From assembly GCA_019058275.1 (NCBI GenBank), contig JAHLVW010000062.1, positions 32,001 to 96,000 of the forward strand: DNA of 64,000 nucleotides. The letters are read 5' to 3'. Below the pieces are notes generated by a model that saw only the letters and a program-made list of their open reading frames with translations, had not been told where the DNA came from and made no database searches. The position numbers and the translations under genes are program-made. Below are positions 29,340-39,236 of this stretch, in pieces; the first letter of the stretch is position 1, and every line of letters begins with the position of its first letter. The stretch comes from Candidatus Heimdallarchaeota archaeon (GTDB lineage Archaea > Asgardarchaeota > Heimdallarchaeia > JABLTI01).

Positions 29340-30338
29340 CTATTCTTCTCCCAGATTCATTTTTAGACACTTAATAACTCTTTCAATATTTTCTTCTGTT
29401 GGATGAAAATATACCCATCCATAAGTTATAGTATTAAGGTAAGCCATAATTTTATAGATTCGCTTTCTAACATCATTTTTATTTGGAATTTCTATTCCAT
29501 AATTATCGAAGAAAATTTGCTCTAGCTGCTCATCAAGTAACCACATTTCTTGAATGTCAAATAGCTCAAGTAAAGTGTCTCCTGCATATGACCATTCAAA
29601 ATCTAATATTGCACTGATTTTCATACTTTTTTTATCTTTTATTACGACATTTGATGGATTTAGATCTGCATGAATAAGACTTGGTTTAGAACTATAAGAT
29701 ACTCTATCCAAATTATCCTCTACAAATTTCTGTGCTTTCATGATCAGATTTGTAGGTATAATTGTACGAGTACCAAGAAGCCTTGTCGTTCTTCTTAAAT
29801 TAGCTTTCAAAAAACTTGCATAAGTGTAAAATCTTCTTGGACAGCGATATTCCTCAATTTCTCCAAACATGTCAAACTTAACTGCATGAATATTCTTAAC
29901 AATTTTAGAGAATTCTTCAATAAAAATTTCTTTCTTTGTAGAATCTAAATCTATCCAGATATTTTCAAGATTTTCTCCTTGAACTTTAGACATTATAATA
30001 AATTTGCAACCTAATTTATTAGTATCTGATTCTATATGGAAAATTTCAGGAACCGGAACCATACTTCTCTCTTTAATAGGTATTCCAGTAGCTTTTTTGA
30101 CTACAGAGAATTGTCTCATAAGTTCTGCTTCTTTTTCTAATCGGTAAAATTCGTTTTCAACAGTAACTGGTCTAGTTAAAATTTTCATTACATACCTTTT
30201 TCCTTCAACTTCAAAACTGTATAGAGTATTTACAGCCAATTTAGTGAGCAATTGTAATTTCATTATTTTATCTGTTTCAAAAATTTCCACAAGAATTGAT
30301 TTAATGCTATTTGAAGTTAATTCAGTCACTGTTTCCAC
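29340..30338 (-). CDS. Aminoglycoside phosphotransferase (APH)-family kinase
   Basis: VPVPEI, HADLNPSN, LDFEW. Confidence 0.9.
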   Translation of the reverse strand: METVTELTSNSIKSILVEIFETDKIMKLQLLTKLAVNTLYSFEVEGKRYVMKILTRPVTVENEFYRLEKEAELMRQFSVVKKATGIPIKERSMVPVPEIFHIESDTNKLGCKFIIMSKVQGENLENIWIDLDSTKKEIFIEEFSKIVKNIHAVKFDMFGEIEEYRCPRRFYTYASFLKANLRRTTRLLGTRTIIPTNLIMKAQKFVEDNLDRVSYSSKPSLIHADLNPSNVVIKDKKSMKISAILDFEWSYAGDTLLELFDIQEMWLLDEQLEQIFFDNYGIEIPNKNDVRKRIYKIMAYLNTITYGWVYFHPTEENIERVIKCLKMNLGEE

Positions 30339-30452
30339 CAGTTATCATTCGCGAAAATTATTTTGCTTATGAATTTCAGAGTTTATATTGAAACCTTTTA
30401 AAATAAAAAATAATTCTAGAATCTGTAATAAGAAGCTTTTGAGGATTACAAA

Positions 30453-31271
30453 TTGAAACTGGGCATTTCGTTTACAATGGGGTTTAAGGGAATTAACACA
30501 ATTTCAGATTTCCTAGCATTTGCTTATAAAAAAGAATTAGCTGGTGTAGAACTTGTCGCAGAACCACCATTTTGTTTCATTGACAACATGAATGATAAAG
30601 ATGTTCAAGATATTAAAAAGCAAGCAGCTAATTTTGGTTTGGAACTCTCTCTTCATGCAACATTCTCAGATGTAAATATCTCAGCTTATAATCCAAATGT
30701 AAGAAATTACTTTCTCAATTTAATGAAGCAAAATATTGATTTTAGTCAAAAAATTGGTTCTGAAATTGTTACAATACATCCTGGAGAGCTTAGTGCAGCA
30801 GGAGCTTCATTTCCTGATGATGTAAAACGTTTGAATTTTGAATCATTTCAGTTTCTAGCAAAATATGCTGAAAAAAAGTTTGTAAAGATTGGTTATGAAA
30901 ATATGCCTATAATGACTTGGAGTCAAATGGAAGAAAGCTATACACCAATATTGATACAATCGATAGTTGACAAAATTAACTCTAAATCATTAGGAATAAC
31001 TTGGGATGTAGGGCATTCAAAAACAACAGAATTCAGTATGGAGGGTTTTGCTAACTCATTTAAGGGTAATTTAGTTCATGTTCATATCCATGATAATACT
31101 GGACCAGGTAAAGGCTGGGTTGATAAACATCTCGAGATAGGTAAAGGAACAATTGATTGGTCGAATCTATTGGGTTTGATAAAAAAACTCGATTATCGTG
31201 GTGTATTAATAATGGAATTAGATAATTGCTCCAAAATTGAGAACTCTTTAGAGTACTTGAAAAATTTGTAA
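30453..31271 (+). CDS. Sugar phosphate isomerase/epimerase (AP endonuclease 2 TIM barrel)
   Basis: LHA, IHPG, YENMP, WDVGH, HVHIHDN, HLEIGKG. Confidence 0.9.
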   Translation: MKLGISFTMGFKGINTISDFLAFAYKKELAGVELVAEPPFCFIDNMNDKDVQDIKKQAANFGLELSLHATFSDVNISAYNPNVRNYFLNLMKQNIDFSQKIGSEIVTIHPGELSAAGASFPDDVKRLNFESFQFLAKYAEKKFVKIGYENMPIMTWSQMEESYTPILIQSIVDKINSKSLGITWDVGHSKTTEFSMEGFANSFKGNLVHVHIHDNTGPGKGWVDKHLEIGKGTIDWSNLLGLIKKLDYRGVLIMELDNCSKIENSLEYLKNL

Positions 31272-31292
31272 CAAAAAATACTTGGGTTTGAT

Positions 31293-31739
31293 CTATCCTT
31301 TTTTGATAAATTCATTAAACCTTTTAAGAATATCCTCTTGGTTGTTTTCTTGTAAGAATTTAGTAAATAGCTTAATTTTTTCAACAGTATCTTTCGATAA
31401 ATCATGTTCCATTATACAACAATCATGATTGGCATCTTCTTCGTTTACACCTATTAATTTTAAGAATTGATTTATCATCTCATGTCTTTCTTTAACATCT
31501 AATGCTATTTTGGAACCCTCTTCTGTCAAAGTAATAGTACTATATTTTTCATAATATACCAAATTGTTGCTTTTTAGTTTAATAATCATCTCAGTAACAC
31601 TTGCTTTGCTAACACCAAGGGATTTAGCTATTTCTGTCACTTGAGCAAATCCTTTATTCTCACTAAGAACAAGAATACTTTCTAAATAATCTTCGATAGT
31701 TGATGTAATTGTTAGAACAGAATCTGTTTTCATACTCAA
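31293..31739 (-). CDS. DtxR/MntR-family metal-dependent transcriptional regulator
   Basis: EDYL, IAKSLGVSKASVTEM, ERH, CIMEH. Confidence 0.95.
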   Translation of the reverse strand: MSMKTDSVLTITSTIEDYLESILVLSENKGFAQVTEIAKSLGVSKASVTEMIIKLKSNNLVYYEKYSTITLTEEGSKIALDVKERHEMINQFLKLIGVNEEDANHDCCIMEHDLSKDTVEKIKLFTKFLQENNQEDILKRFNEFIKKG

Positions 31740-31741
31740 TA

Positions 31742-31754
31742 CTAGCTCGCCTAA
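31742..31754 (-). promoter_or_regulatory. Possible DtxR-type operator
   Basis: TTAGGCGAGCTAG on the minus strand just upstream of the regulator; resembles TTAGG-N-CCTAA boxes. Confidence 0.25.
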
Positions 31755-32032
31755 CTGAAATAGATATATGTAGATTATTGTTCTTTTTATCTATATAATT
31801 AATGGATTATATGCTTAAGTGAAAGTGATATTTCAAATAAAAGCAATATGCTAGTATGCAAATAAGTAATAATTTTCATAGGAAAATTTATCTTTATATG
31901 GAATTTTTCTTATCATGAAAGCAATGGAATTTTCATATTAACACAATAATTGTGTGGTATGTAGTTTTGAAAGAAGATCTAAAGTGGTTAGTAAAAGAAT
32001 CTAAAAATAAGAATTCAAAGAAGGTTAAAACA

Positions 32033-32896
32033 TTGCAAAAGGATAAAGAAATCAAGATAAAGAAAGTTGGTATTTTAAAATTAGGCAATATTGCTTCTTC
32101 TGTTCTCCTGGAAATGTTATTGGATGAACGTGCAGATCGTCTAGACATTGATATAAAGACAGTATCTTCAGGAGCAAAACTGATTTCGGAATCAATTGAT
32201 GCTGCTTATAAGATATTCTCAAAGCTTAATTTTGACTTAATTATTGTTGCTACTCCTAATGCTTCGCTTAAGGCTCCTTTAAAAATTATTAATAAAATAA
32301 TTGATCAGAAATTACCTCTAATTGTATTAACAGACGTAATGAAGAAAGAAGTAAGAGAAGAACTTGTTGAGAAAAATGTTGGTTACTTAATAATAAAATC
32401 TGATGCAATGATTGGTGCTAGAAGAGAGTTTCTGGATCCTATTGAAATGGCGCTCTTTAACTCTGATCTAATCAAGGTCTTATCAATAGGTGGGGTGTTT
32501 AATCTTATCTATAAGAAAATCGACATGGTTTTAGAACAGCTAATTGCTGATAAGAAAGTAAAATTCCCACAAAAAATTGTTACTTCTAGAAAAGCTGTAA
32601 AATTTGCTGGATTCTCGAATCCCTATGCTGAAGCTAAAGCTCGAGCAGCACTAGAAATCGCTGAAAACGTAGCAAAAGTAAATACAGAAGGTTGTTTCAA
32701 AATCAATGAGCGATTTGAATATATTCCACAAGTCGCAATGGGTCATGAAATGATGAGAATTGCTGCAAAACTTGCAGATGAAGCTAGAGAAATAGAGAAA
32801 TCATTGAATCAAGTAAGAAGATGTCCACATGGTTATGAAGGGGAAATCCAAGATAAACGTACTTTAACTGAAAAACCAGATTCTGGTTACGAATAA
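32033..32896 (+). CDS. mtd: F420-dependent methylene-H4MPT dehydrogenase
   Basis: KLGNIAS, LLDERADR.DI, DAMIGARREFLDP.EMALFN, GFSNPYA, AREIEK; likely start TTG 32033 (track: 31952). Confidence 0.95.
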   Translation: MQKDKEIKIKKVGILKLGNIASSVLLEMLLDERADRLDIDIKTVSSGAKLISESIDAAYKIFSKLNFDLIIVATPNASLKAPLKIINKIIDQKLPLIVLTDVMKKEVREELVEKNVGYLIIKSDAMIGARREFLDPIEMALFNSDLIKVLSIGGVFNLIYKKIDMVLEQLIADKKVKFPQKIVTSRKAVKFAGFSNPYAEAKARAALEIAENVAKVNTEGCFKINERFEYIPQVAMGHEMMRIAAKLADEAREIEKSLNQVRRCPHGYEGEIQDKRTLTEKPDSGYE

Positions 32897-32913
32897 AGAG
32901 ATGATTAAAAGAA

Positions 32914-33570
32914 ATGCCATTATTGCTTGATGAATTATTTACCTGCCCAAATTGTAGTGTAGTTTTCCAATCAAAAATAGTTGGAAGTTATGACACATTT
33001 GGTAAAAATTATAGTGATTTGTATATTGCAAGCCAAGAGGATCCACAACCAGTTTTACATTTAATTAATATATGCCCAAAATGTGGCTTTGCAGCTTACT
33101 CTCTTGACTTTCGATTTTTTGACATAAGTTTAGATTTAGTTAAAGAATCGATAAAGAAAACAGAGGATTATACTGGCAGAAAAGCAACAGAATTTAATGT
33201 TGGTGATGGATATCTGCTGATAGCTGAGTATTTAGTTAATAAATCCTTAGAGCAAAGAACATCATCTCGGTTACAAGCATGTTATGCTTATAGAGAGCTC
33301 AAAGACAAGAATCTAGACAAAACTAGAAAATTAGTTCTAAAATCAATTGAGGAAATACTACACAGTAAAACATTCAATCAGAATCCTGAAGAGGTTTATC
33401 TTTACCTAGCTGGTGAGATAAATCGCTTGTTAGGTAATAATTTGGAATCATTAGAGTATTTTGAGTTAGCATTGAATAAAGCAACAAAGAATTCTGTAGT
33501 TTCTAAGCTTACACAACATCAATTAACAAGACCTCGCGAAGAAATTCCAAAAGATATCGTTAGACCATAA
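32914..33570 (+). CDS. DUF2225-family Zn-finger/TPR protein
   Basis: CPNC...SDL...CPKCGFA, YLAGEINRLLG. Confidence 0.85.
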   Translation: MPLLLDELFTCPNCSVVFQSKIVGSYDTFGKNYSDLYIASQEDPQPVLHLINICPKCGFAAYSLDFRFFDISLDLVKESIKKTEDYTGRKATEFNVGDGYLLIAEYLVNKSLEQRTSSRLQACYAYRELKDKNLDKTRKLVLKSIEEILHSKTFNQNPEEVYLYLAGEINRLLGNNLESLEYFELALNKATKNSVVSKLTQHQLTRPREEIPKDIVRP

Positions 33571-33732
33571 TTTTCGATAAAATTTGTTTGATACCTTGCA
33601 TTTATTCCTATTAAATAATACTTAAAAGCAATAAAACAATGAAATTTCTGAAAAATCAAGAAAGATTTCACAAATTTCGTGCATATGGAAATTATCTGAG
33701 GATAACAAATGAATGCAATTACAGGTGAGAAT

Positions 33733-34332
33733 ATGAGTGTAGCAGATGAAGAAGCATTTTTCAAAATCATAATAGTTGGTGATGGCGCTGTAGGTAAAAC
33801 AAGCATTTGCAATCATATTACAACAAAAGAATTCTTTTCGGATTATCGTTTAACAGTTGGCTGTGATTTCTTCATAAAGAAATTTTATGTAAATAATGTA
33901 AGTGTCACATTACAAATGTTCGATGTTGGAGGACAAGATCATTTTGCTCGTATGAGATCAGCATTTGCTGGTGGAGCAAAAGGTATCTTTCTAGCTTTTG
34001 ATATAACCAGACGAGATAGCTTATTTAATTTAGTTGATTGGTTAGAATCAGTTAAAGATGAATTGGATCCCCGAGCACCAAAAGTACTAGTTGCTACAAA
34101 ATCTGACTTAAACAAAGAAGCTGAAATTTGGAAAGATGATATTGATGGCTTTAAAGAGAAGCTAAAAGTTGATGCTTATTTTGACACTTCCTCATACACT
34201 GGCGATGGTGTTAAAGAAGCATTTGAAGCAATGGCTCTACTACTTATCTCAAAGTATGATGAAGTAGAATATACAAGATCTGCTCAGAAAATGAAATTTC
34301 TTGAAGGATTTTATCCTGGGTTTAAAGCTTGA
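33733..34332 (+). CDS. Rab-like small GTPase
   Basis: G1 GDGAVGKT, G2 YRLTVGCDF, G3 DVGGQ, G4 ATKSD, G5 TSS; AGGTGA RBS before ATG 33733. Confidence 0.93.
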   Translation: MSVADEEAFFKIIIVGDGAVGKTSICNHITTKEFFSDYRLTVGCDFFIKKFYVNNVSVTLQMFDVGGQDHFARMRSAFAGGAKGIFLAFDITRRDSLFNLVDWLESVKDELDPRAPKVLVATKSDLNKEAEIWKDDIDGFKEKLKVDAYFDTSSYTGDGVKEAFEAMALLLISKYDEVEYTRSAQKMKFLEGFYPGFKA

Positions 34333-34437
34333 TAGAAAATTCATAAGGAATTTTTCAAGTGAAAAGTTCTTTTTCTTTAGATTTGTAAATTAGAGAAAAA
34401 ATAAAATCAAAGTAGATTTTGGACATCTACTTTTCAT

Positions 34438-35115
34438 TTAATACCCAACATAACTACCGCATTTTGGACAGTACGTTGTTTGTTTATCTATCTCTTCACC
34501 GCAGGTAGAACAAATTGATGACCCTTTAGTTTTTCTTTTATCATCATCTACGATTTCTACTTTTACATCATGCATTTTACCTTGTTTTTTGGCTTTGCGA
34601 ATTGTTTCACTGCTTTTTGCTTGTTGCTGTTTCATTCCTCGTTTATAACGCATTTCAGGGCATTCATTCACAAGTTTTTTCCAGTTACCAAAAGTTATTC
34701 GATACATAACATTAGTTAGGAGACGCCATTCTTCAATAAAGATAAATATTGGAAAAATCAAACCCAGTGAAATTACCAGAAGTAGCCAATTTACAAATGC
34801 TACAATAAACCCGAAATAGACATAGTACATGCTACCGAAATCTCTCCACACTTCATCTTTGTCATGGATTGCACCGTAGAGAAGAGCAGAATTAAAGTAA
34901 ACCCATAAGTATAGTGTTTTTGCTGGTCGACCTCGTCCGAAATATACTACTACGTAGTAGGGGAATAGGACTATATGTGCTGGGAGAGTTATTAAACTAA
35001 ATATAAATGCAACAAGTGGTGCATAGGTAAAATAAGCAAAAACGACTCTTCTAGGTAAACATACTGTTCGTAAAAATGGTAAATTAAGATCGTATCTTTC
35101 ACTTACTTCAGACAT
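34438..35115 (-). CDS. Membrane protein with C-terminal zinc ribbon
   Basis: Hydrophobic N-terminal part; CSTCG...YCPKCG. Confidence 0.75.
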   Translation of the reverse strand: MSEVSERYDLNLPFLRTVCLPRRVVFAYFTYAPLVAFIFSLITLPAHIVLFPYYVVVYFGRGRPAKTLYLWVYFNSALLYGAIHDKDEVWRDFGSMYYVYFGFIVAFVNWLLLVISLGLIFPIFIFIEEWRLLTNVMYRITFGNWKKLVNECPEMRYKRGMKQQQAKSSETIRKAKKQGKMHDVKVEIVDDDKRKTKGSSICSTCGEEIDKQTTYCPKCGSYVGY

Positions 35116-35177
35116 TTTTCATCACAACTCTTTTTTGAACTTTATCTTATAAAATAGTTTGTAAATAAAGAATAATG

Positions 35178-37571
35178 CTAGTCATTCTGTTGTTCTGTCA
35201 TTATCCTTTTTATAATCCAATCTGGTGATTGATAAATTTTCTTGGATATTTTTTCAAGTTGAGAACTTTCTATTTTTTTTAATATTTTAGCAATTTCTCT
35301 CGCTCGAGTAAAATCAACAACGTCAAATAATCCTATTAGTTCGTTAATAGCAAACTGATCATTTGTTTTAGCTAGAATTATTAAAGCATCCTTGTAAAGT
35401 TCTTCATCAACAGGATGTTCAATTAATTCTTTAATTTCTGTCATTGGTATACTTGCGTTTGATATTTTTAATCCTTCAATTACACTTTCGACAATTGAAA
35501 TCTTTCTAAAATGCTCGCCAAGTTCTGATAACCATTCTTCATCAGAATCATCAATATTTTCCGAATCTGGAAAAATCTCTGAAGGATCATATACATTTGA
35601 ACCGTTAAAGAAATCAGTTTGTTCAGGTAGTTCACTATCAAAATTTTGCAAATCTTCACGTAATTCAATAGGTTTTTGAGCTTTGGAATTTAGTCTATTT
35701 ATCCATCGAGGTATATCTCTATCTGGTAGATTCTTGTCTAATAAAGATATGCTCTCACGAACCTTAGGTGTTGCTCCAATTTCCTTTGTATCTCTAATTT
35801 GTCCTTCTATTGGACTGTCAAAGATTTCATCCACTTCCCATCGAGAATCATAGATTTCATCGATTTCTCCTGCAAGCTCCAGAGTTCCTTCTTCAATTGC
35901 TTGGAAAATTATTTTAATGAACAATGAGATTGCTTCTTGTGAATTTAGTTTGCCTAAAGTGATAATTGCTTCTCGTTGCACGTTCATGAATTGCTCATAC
36001 AAAGCTAAGGAAACCAATTTTTCTTCTATTTCAGGTGTGATAACTGATATTTTTTTAATGCTATTTATAGCTTGAAACTTTATCTTTGGATCGTAATCAT
36101 CTAGTGCTTCAAGAAGAATAGGGATTCCTTCTCCTAATCCAATATTTCCTAAAGCATACAGAGCATTCCAATAGTAAATTTCGTTAAAATCAGCATTGAA
36201 CCATTGGAGAAAATCAAGGTCAAACGATTTGTGAAATGTTGTTAAAAGCTCGTTATTAAAATCATCAATAAAATCAATATCTGAATGATAGGAATTATGT
36301 TCCTGATCCAAAGTGCTTCTCTTTTCAAAATCAACTTGTTGATTAATTTTAGATATAATAAACTCAGCTGAAAGTTTGCCACCAATTTGACTAAGACAAC
36401 TTATAAGTTCAAAATCCTGCTCTTGATCTAGATTGCTATTTTTAGCTATTTCAAGTAAATAATCTTCATATTCATCTAAATTGAAATTTCGAATGATCCT
36501 AAGAGCAAGTATAAAATCTTCATTATGGGGATTTAAAGAGCTTTGAACATATGATTTCAGATATTGAAGAATTTGATTATTTGGAAATTTGTTTAGTTTA
36601 TTCCATGAATTAATAATTTGATCCCTTATATCTTTATTGATTGAATATGGATCAATACTAGTGTATAATTCCTCCAAAGCTATTTTCAAAGCATAGATTG
36701 TTTTGATTAAATCAAAGGAAGGTTCTTCTTTACTCATTCCAAGCAATTTATCAATAATATTTTCTAATTCAATTTCCTCAATTAATTCAAGCTCATATGG
36801 GAGAATAACTGAGATGACATTGATTAGTTTTAAAGTAATTGGCTGTAGAAAATCATCATTTGAATCTACAAATAAAGAGGGTTTAATACCCATCCAAACA
36901 AGTTCTCTCGATAGATAAATGCTTCTTGAAAAGGGAGTAATAAAATCAAATTCTTTTCTTTTATAAAGCCATAGTGCTGCTAATGGATTGCCTTTTTGTA
37001 CTAATATCTTTGCAATGGATAATCTTTGTATTTCATTTTTATTTTGGAAAACAAATTTTGTACTTAGTAGTTCAACTATTCTCTTATTTGTCATTAGTCC
37101 TAAGGTATAGTAAGCATCTTCAAATAAAATATCATAATTAGATATTCTTTCAATTACATCGAAGAACTCATCAATATCAAAATAACCCGCCATTAGCAGG
37201 CCTATTCGTCTTTCTTCTGCTATTGGTGATTTTAATAATCTCTCCACATTCCTAAAAATATGGTCCTCATAAGAGCTGAGATTAATATTACGAAAGAGCT
37301 TAATTAATGCAATAGATAAAGAAATGGAATTACCAATTATATGGGCAAGAGAAAGAATGTCTATAATCATATGAAAATCAAGTTTTGAAGAAATATCATC
37401 TAATATTAATTCAATTTCATATGGAGTAAGCTTGAAATAATTGTCAGTAAATATCTTCCAATTTTCTAAATCATAGGATAGGAGATATTTGTTGACAGCT
37501 TTCTTGTAATCTTTCGATGTAAGTGCAAGCATAACTTCACGAGAATATTTGTCCAAACTTTTTTTCACCAT
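35178..37571 (-). CDS. HEAT (PBS-lyase-like) repeat protein
   Basis: ALYALGNIG..EGIPILLEALDDYDPKIKFQAINSI; VQREAIITLGKL. Confidence 0.8.
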   Translation of the reverse strand: MVKKSLDKYSREVMLALTSKDYKKAVNKYLLSYDLENWKIFTDNYFKLTPYEIELILDDISSKLDFHMIIDILSLAHIIGNSISLSIALIKLFRNINLSSYEDHIFRNVERLLKSPIAEERRIGLLMAGYFDIDEFFDVIERISNYDILFEDAYYTLGLMTNKRIVELLSTKFVFQNKNEIQRLSIAKILVQKGNPLAALWLYKRKEFDFITPFSRSIYLSRELVWMGIKPSLFVDSNDDFLQPITLKLINVISVILPYELELIEEIELENIIDKLLGMSKEEPSFDLIKTIYALKIALEELYTSIDPYSINKDIRDQIINSWNKLNKFPNNQILQYLKSYVQSSLNPHNEDFILALRIIRNFNLDEYEDYLLEIAKNSNLDQEQDFELISCLSQIGGKLSAEFIISKINQQVDFEKRSTLDQEHNSYHSDIDFIDDFNNELLTTFHKSFDLDFLQWFNADFNEIYYWNALYALGNIGLGEGIPILLEALDDYDPKIKFQAINSIKKISVITPEIEEKLVSLALYEQFMNVQREAIITLGKLNSQEAISLFIKIIFQAIEEGTLELAGEIDEIYDSRWEVDEIFDSPIEGQIRDTKEIGATPKVRESISLLDKNLPDRDIPRWINRLNSKAQKPIELREDLQNFDSELPEQTDFFNGSNVYDPSEIFPDSENIDDSDEEWLSELGEHFRKISIVESVIEGLKISNASIPMTEIKELIEHPVDEELYKDALIILAKTNDQFAINELIGLFDVVDFTRAREIAKILKKIESSQLEKISKKIYQSPDWIIKRIMTEQQND

Positions 37572-37821
37572 TAATGCAATGCTAGATTTAACCAGTTATC
37601 TCGCAACGGTCGAAAATGGTTTTAAAATCTTTGGATAGACTAAACATAATTATCGAAGAAAGCAGAAAAGAGCTTCTTATATCGTCTTATATACCTATAA
37701 TTCCAGTAAAAGTTACCTTTATAGAATAAGAGGTCAGATATAATAGTTGACATTCAGTTAATTTGAGAACCAATTCTTATGAAAAAAGAGAAGCAAAAAG
37801 CTCCATTAGAAAAAAACTAGA

Positions 37822-39153
37822 ATGTCTCTAAAAAATATTGGTTTGAACGATTTGAACATTCCAACTTTAAAGTTAAAGGAAGGGAGGAAATACGCACTAT
37901 TCCTAGGTTTAGCAATAGTCAGTATTATGCTCTTAACAATCATTGTTTATGTTCAGTCAAACAACTCTCACTTGCCCCAAATAGAAGGTATAATTGATCC
38001 TGAAGAAGATAATTGGGAAGCTCCAGTTGAAACGTATGATTATAGCTTTATTAGCAGCTTAAAGTTTAAGGATAGAGAAGGTGATTCTGATAATGATGGC
38101 CTAACAGACAAAGAAGAAAAGATTCATTTTTGTAATCCTATGAACAATGATTCAGATTTCGACGGACTTTTAGATGGCGAAGAAGTTCATATATATCACA
38201 CAATACCAATCTCTCCAGATTCGGATAGAGACTATATAATTGATCCACTAGAGATCTTCAAATTCAAAACCAAACCTTTAGATGCTGACACAGATGACGA
38301 TGGTCTTAATGATGGCCTTGAAATTTATCGGTATCATACAAATCCATTTCTGAAAGATTCTGATTTAGACATGTTAGATGACTTTGATGAAGTAAAAGTC
38401 TACTATACTGATCCATCTGATATTGATACTGATTGTGATGGTCTTCTTGATGGCGAAGAAGTTCACATTTACTTTACGGATCCCCTTACAAGAGATACAG
38501 ATGGAGATGGTTGGATAGACTCTTGGGAGGTCAACAAAAATCATAATCCACTGAGGAAAGATAATTGGGATAATATTATAGGTAAATATATTATCATTCC
38601 AAGTGTTTTCGTTATTGTCTTAGTCATTGGTCTATTTGCTTCGGTTGATGTAAAATCAATTAGCTTGTTTAATTTCCGGATCACATATCAACAGAAATTA
38701 CAGACAGATGCTAACCGTCAACTATTGTTTGAGTTACTTACCAAACTTCCTGATAACAAACAGATTAATGTTCAAGAATTTGCTAGAATAATTGGTAAAT
38801 CTGAAGAAGATGTTTGTCAACTACTAAGCAGTATTTTTGAACCAGATGAAGTCGATGATGAACAATTGAAACCAGAAGATTTTATAATTCACACACATTC
38901 AAATCTCCCATCTTTTGATTTCACATGTTTCTATTGTGGAAATCCCATTGATATCAACTCTGATGATTGCAAATTCTGTGATGAATACATTGTAAGATGC
39001 AAAGTTTGCAATATCCCTATAACACACAATGAGTCTTATGCTACTTGTGCGAGTTGTGGCATTGTGGGGAAACCTGAGGACATATACGGTTTCATGTCTC
39101 TAGAACTCATTTGTGAACGATGTATAATGAGTAGCAAGTACATGACTATATAA
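37822..39153 (+). CDS. Transmembrane protein: TSP3-like Ca-binding repeats, TM, winged-helix, Zn-ribbon/RING-like tail
   Basis: Seven DxDxDG/D repeats between two TM helices; INVQEFARIIGKSEEDV; five CxxC pairs. Confidence 0.75.
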   Translation: MSLKNIGLNDLNIPTLKLKEGRKYALFLGLAIVSIMLLTIIVYVQSNNSHLPQIEGIIDPEEDNWEAPVETYDYSFISSLKFKDREGDSDNDGLTDKEEKIHFCNPMNNDSDFDGLLDGEEVHIYHTIPISPDSDRDYIIDPLEIFKFKTKPLDADTDDDGLNDGLEIYRYHTNPFLKDSDLDMLDDFDEVKVYYTDPSDIDTDCDGLLDGEEVHIYFTDPLTRDTDGDGWIDSWEVNKNHNPLRKDNWDNIIGKYIIIPSVFVIVLVIGLFASVDVKSISLFNFRITYQQKLQTDANRQLLFELLTKLPDNKQINVQEFARIIGKSEEDVCQLLSSIFEPDEVDDEQLKPEDFIIHTHSNLPSFDFTCFYCGNPIDINSDDCKFCDEYIVRCKVCNIPITHNESYATCASCGIVGKPEDIYGFMSLELICERCIMSSKYMTI

Positions 39154-39236
39154 TTTCCCTTTTTTTCTTTATTTTATTTAACTATGCAAGTTTGAATTTT
39201 TGAATAACTTTAAAATAAAACTAAAATAATCACTTC

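Noticed and set aside
29340-30338. APH-family gene as an antibiotic-resistance determinant
   Set aside because: Only generic kinase motifs; the family is widespread in archaea with unknown substrates
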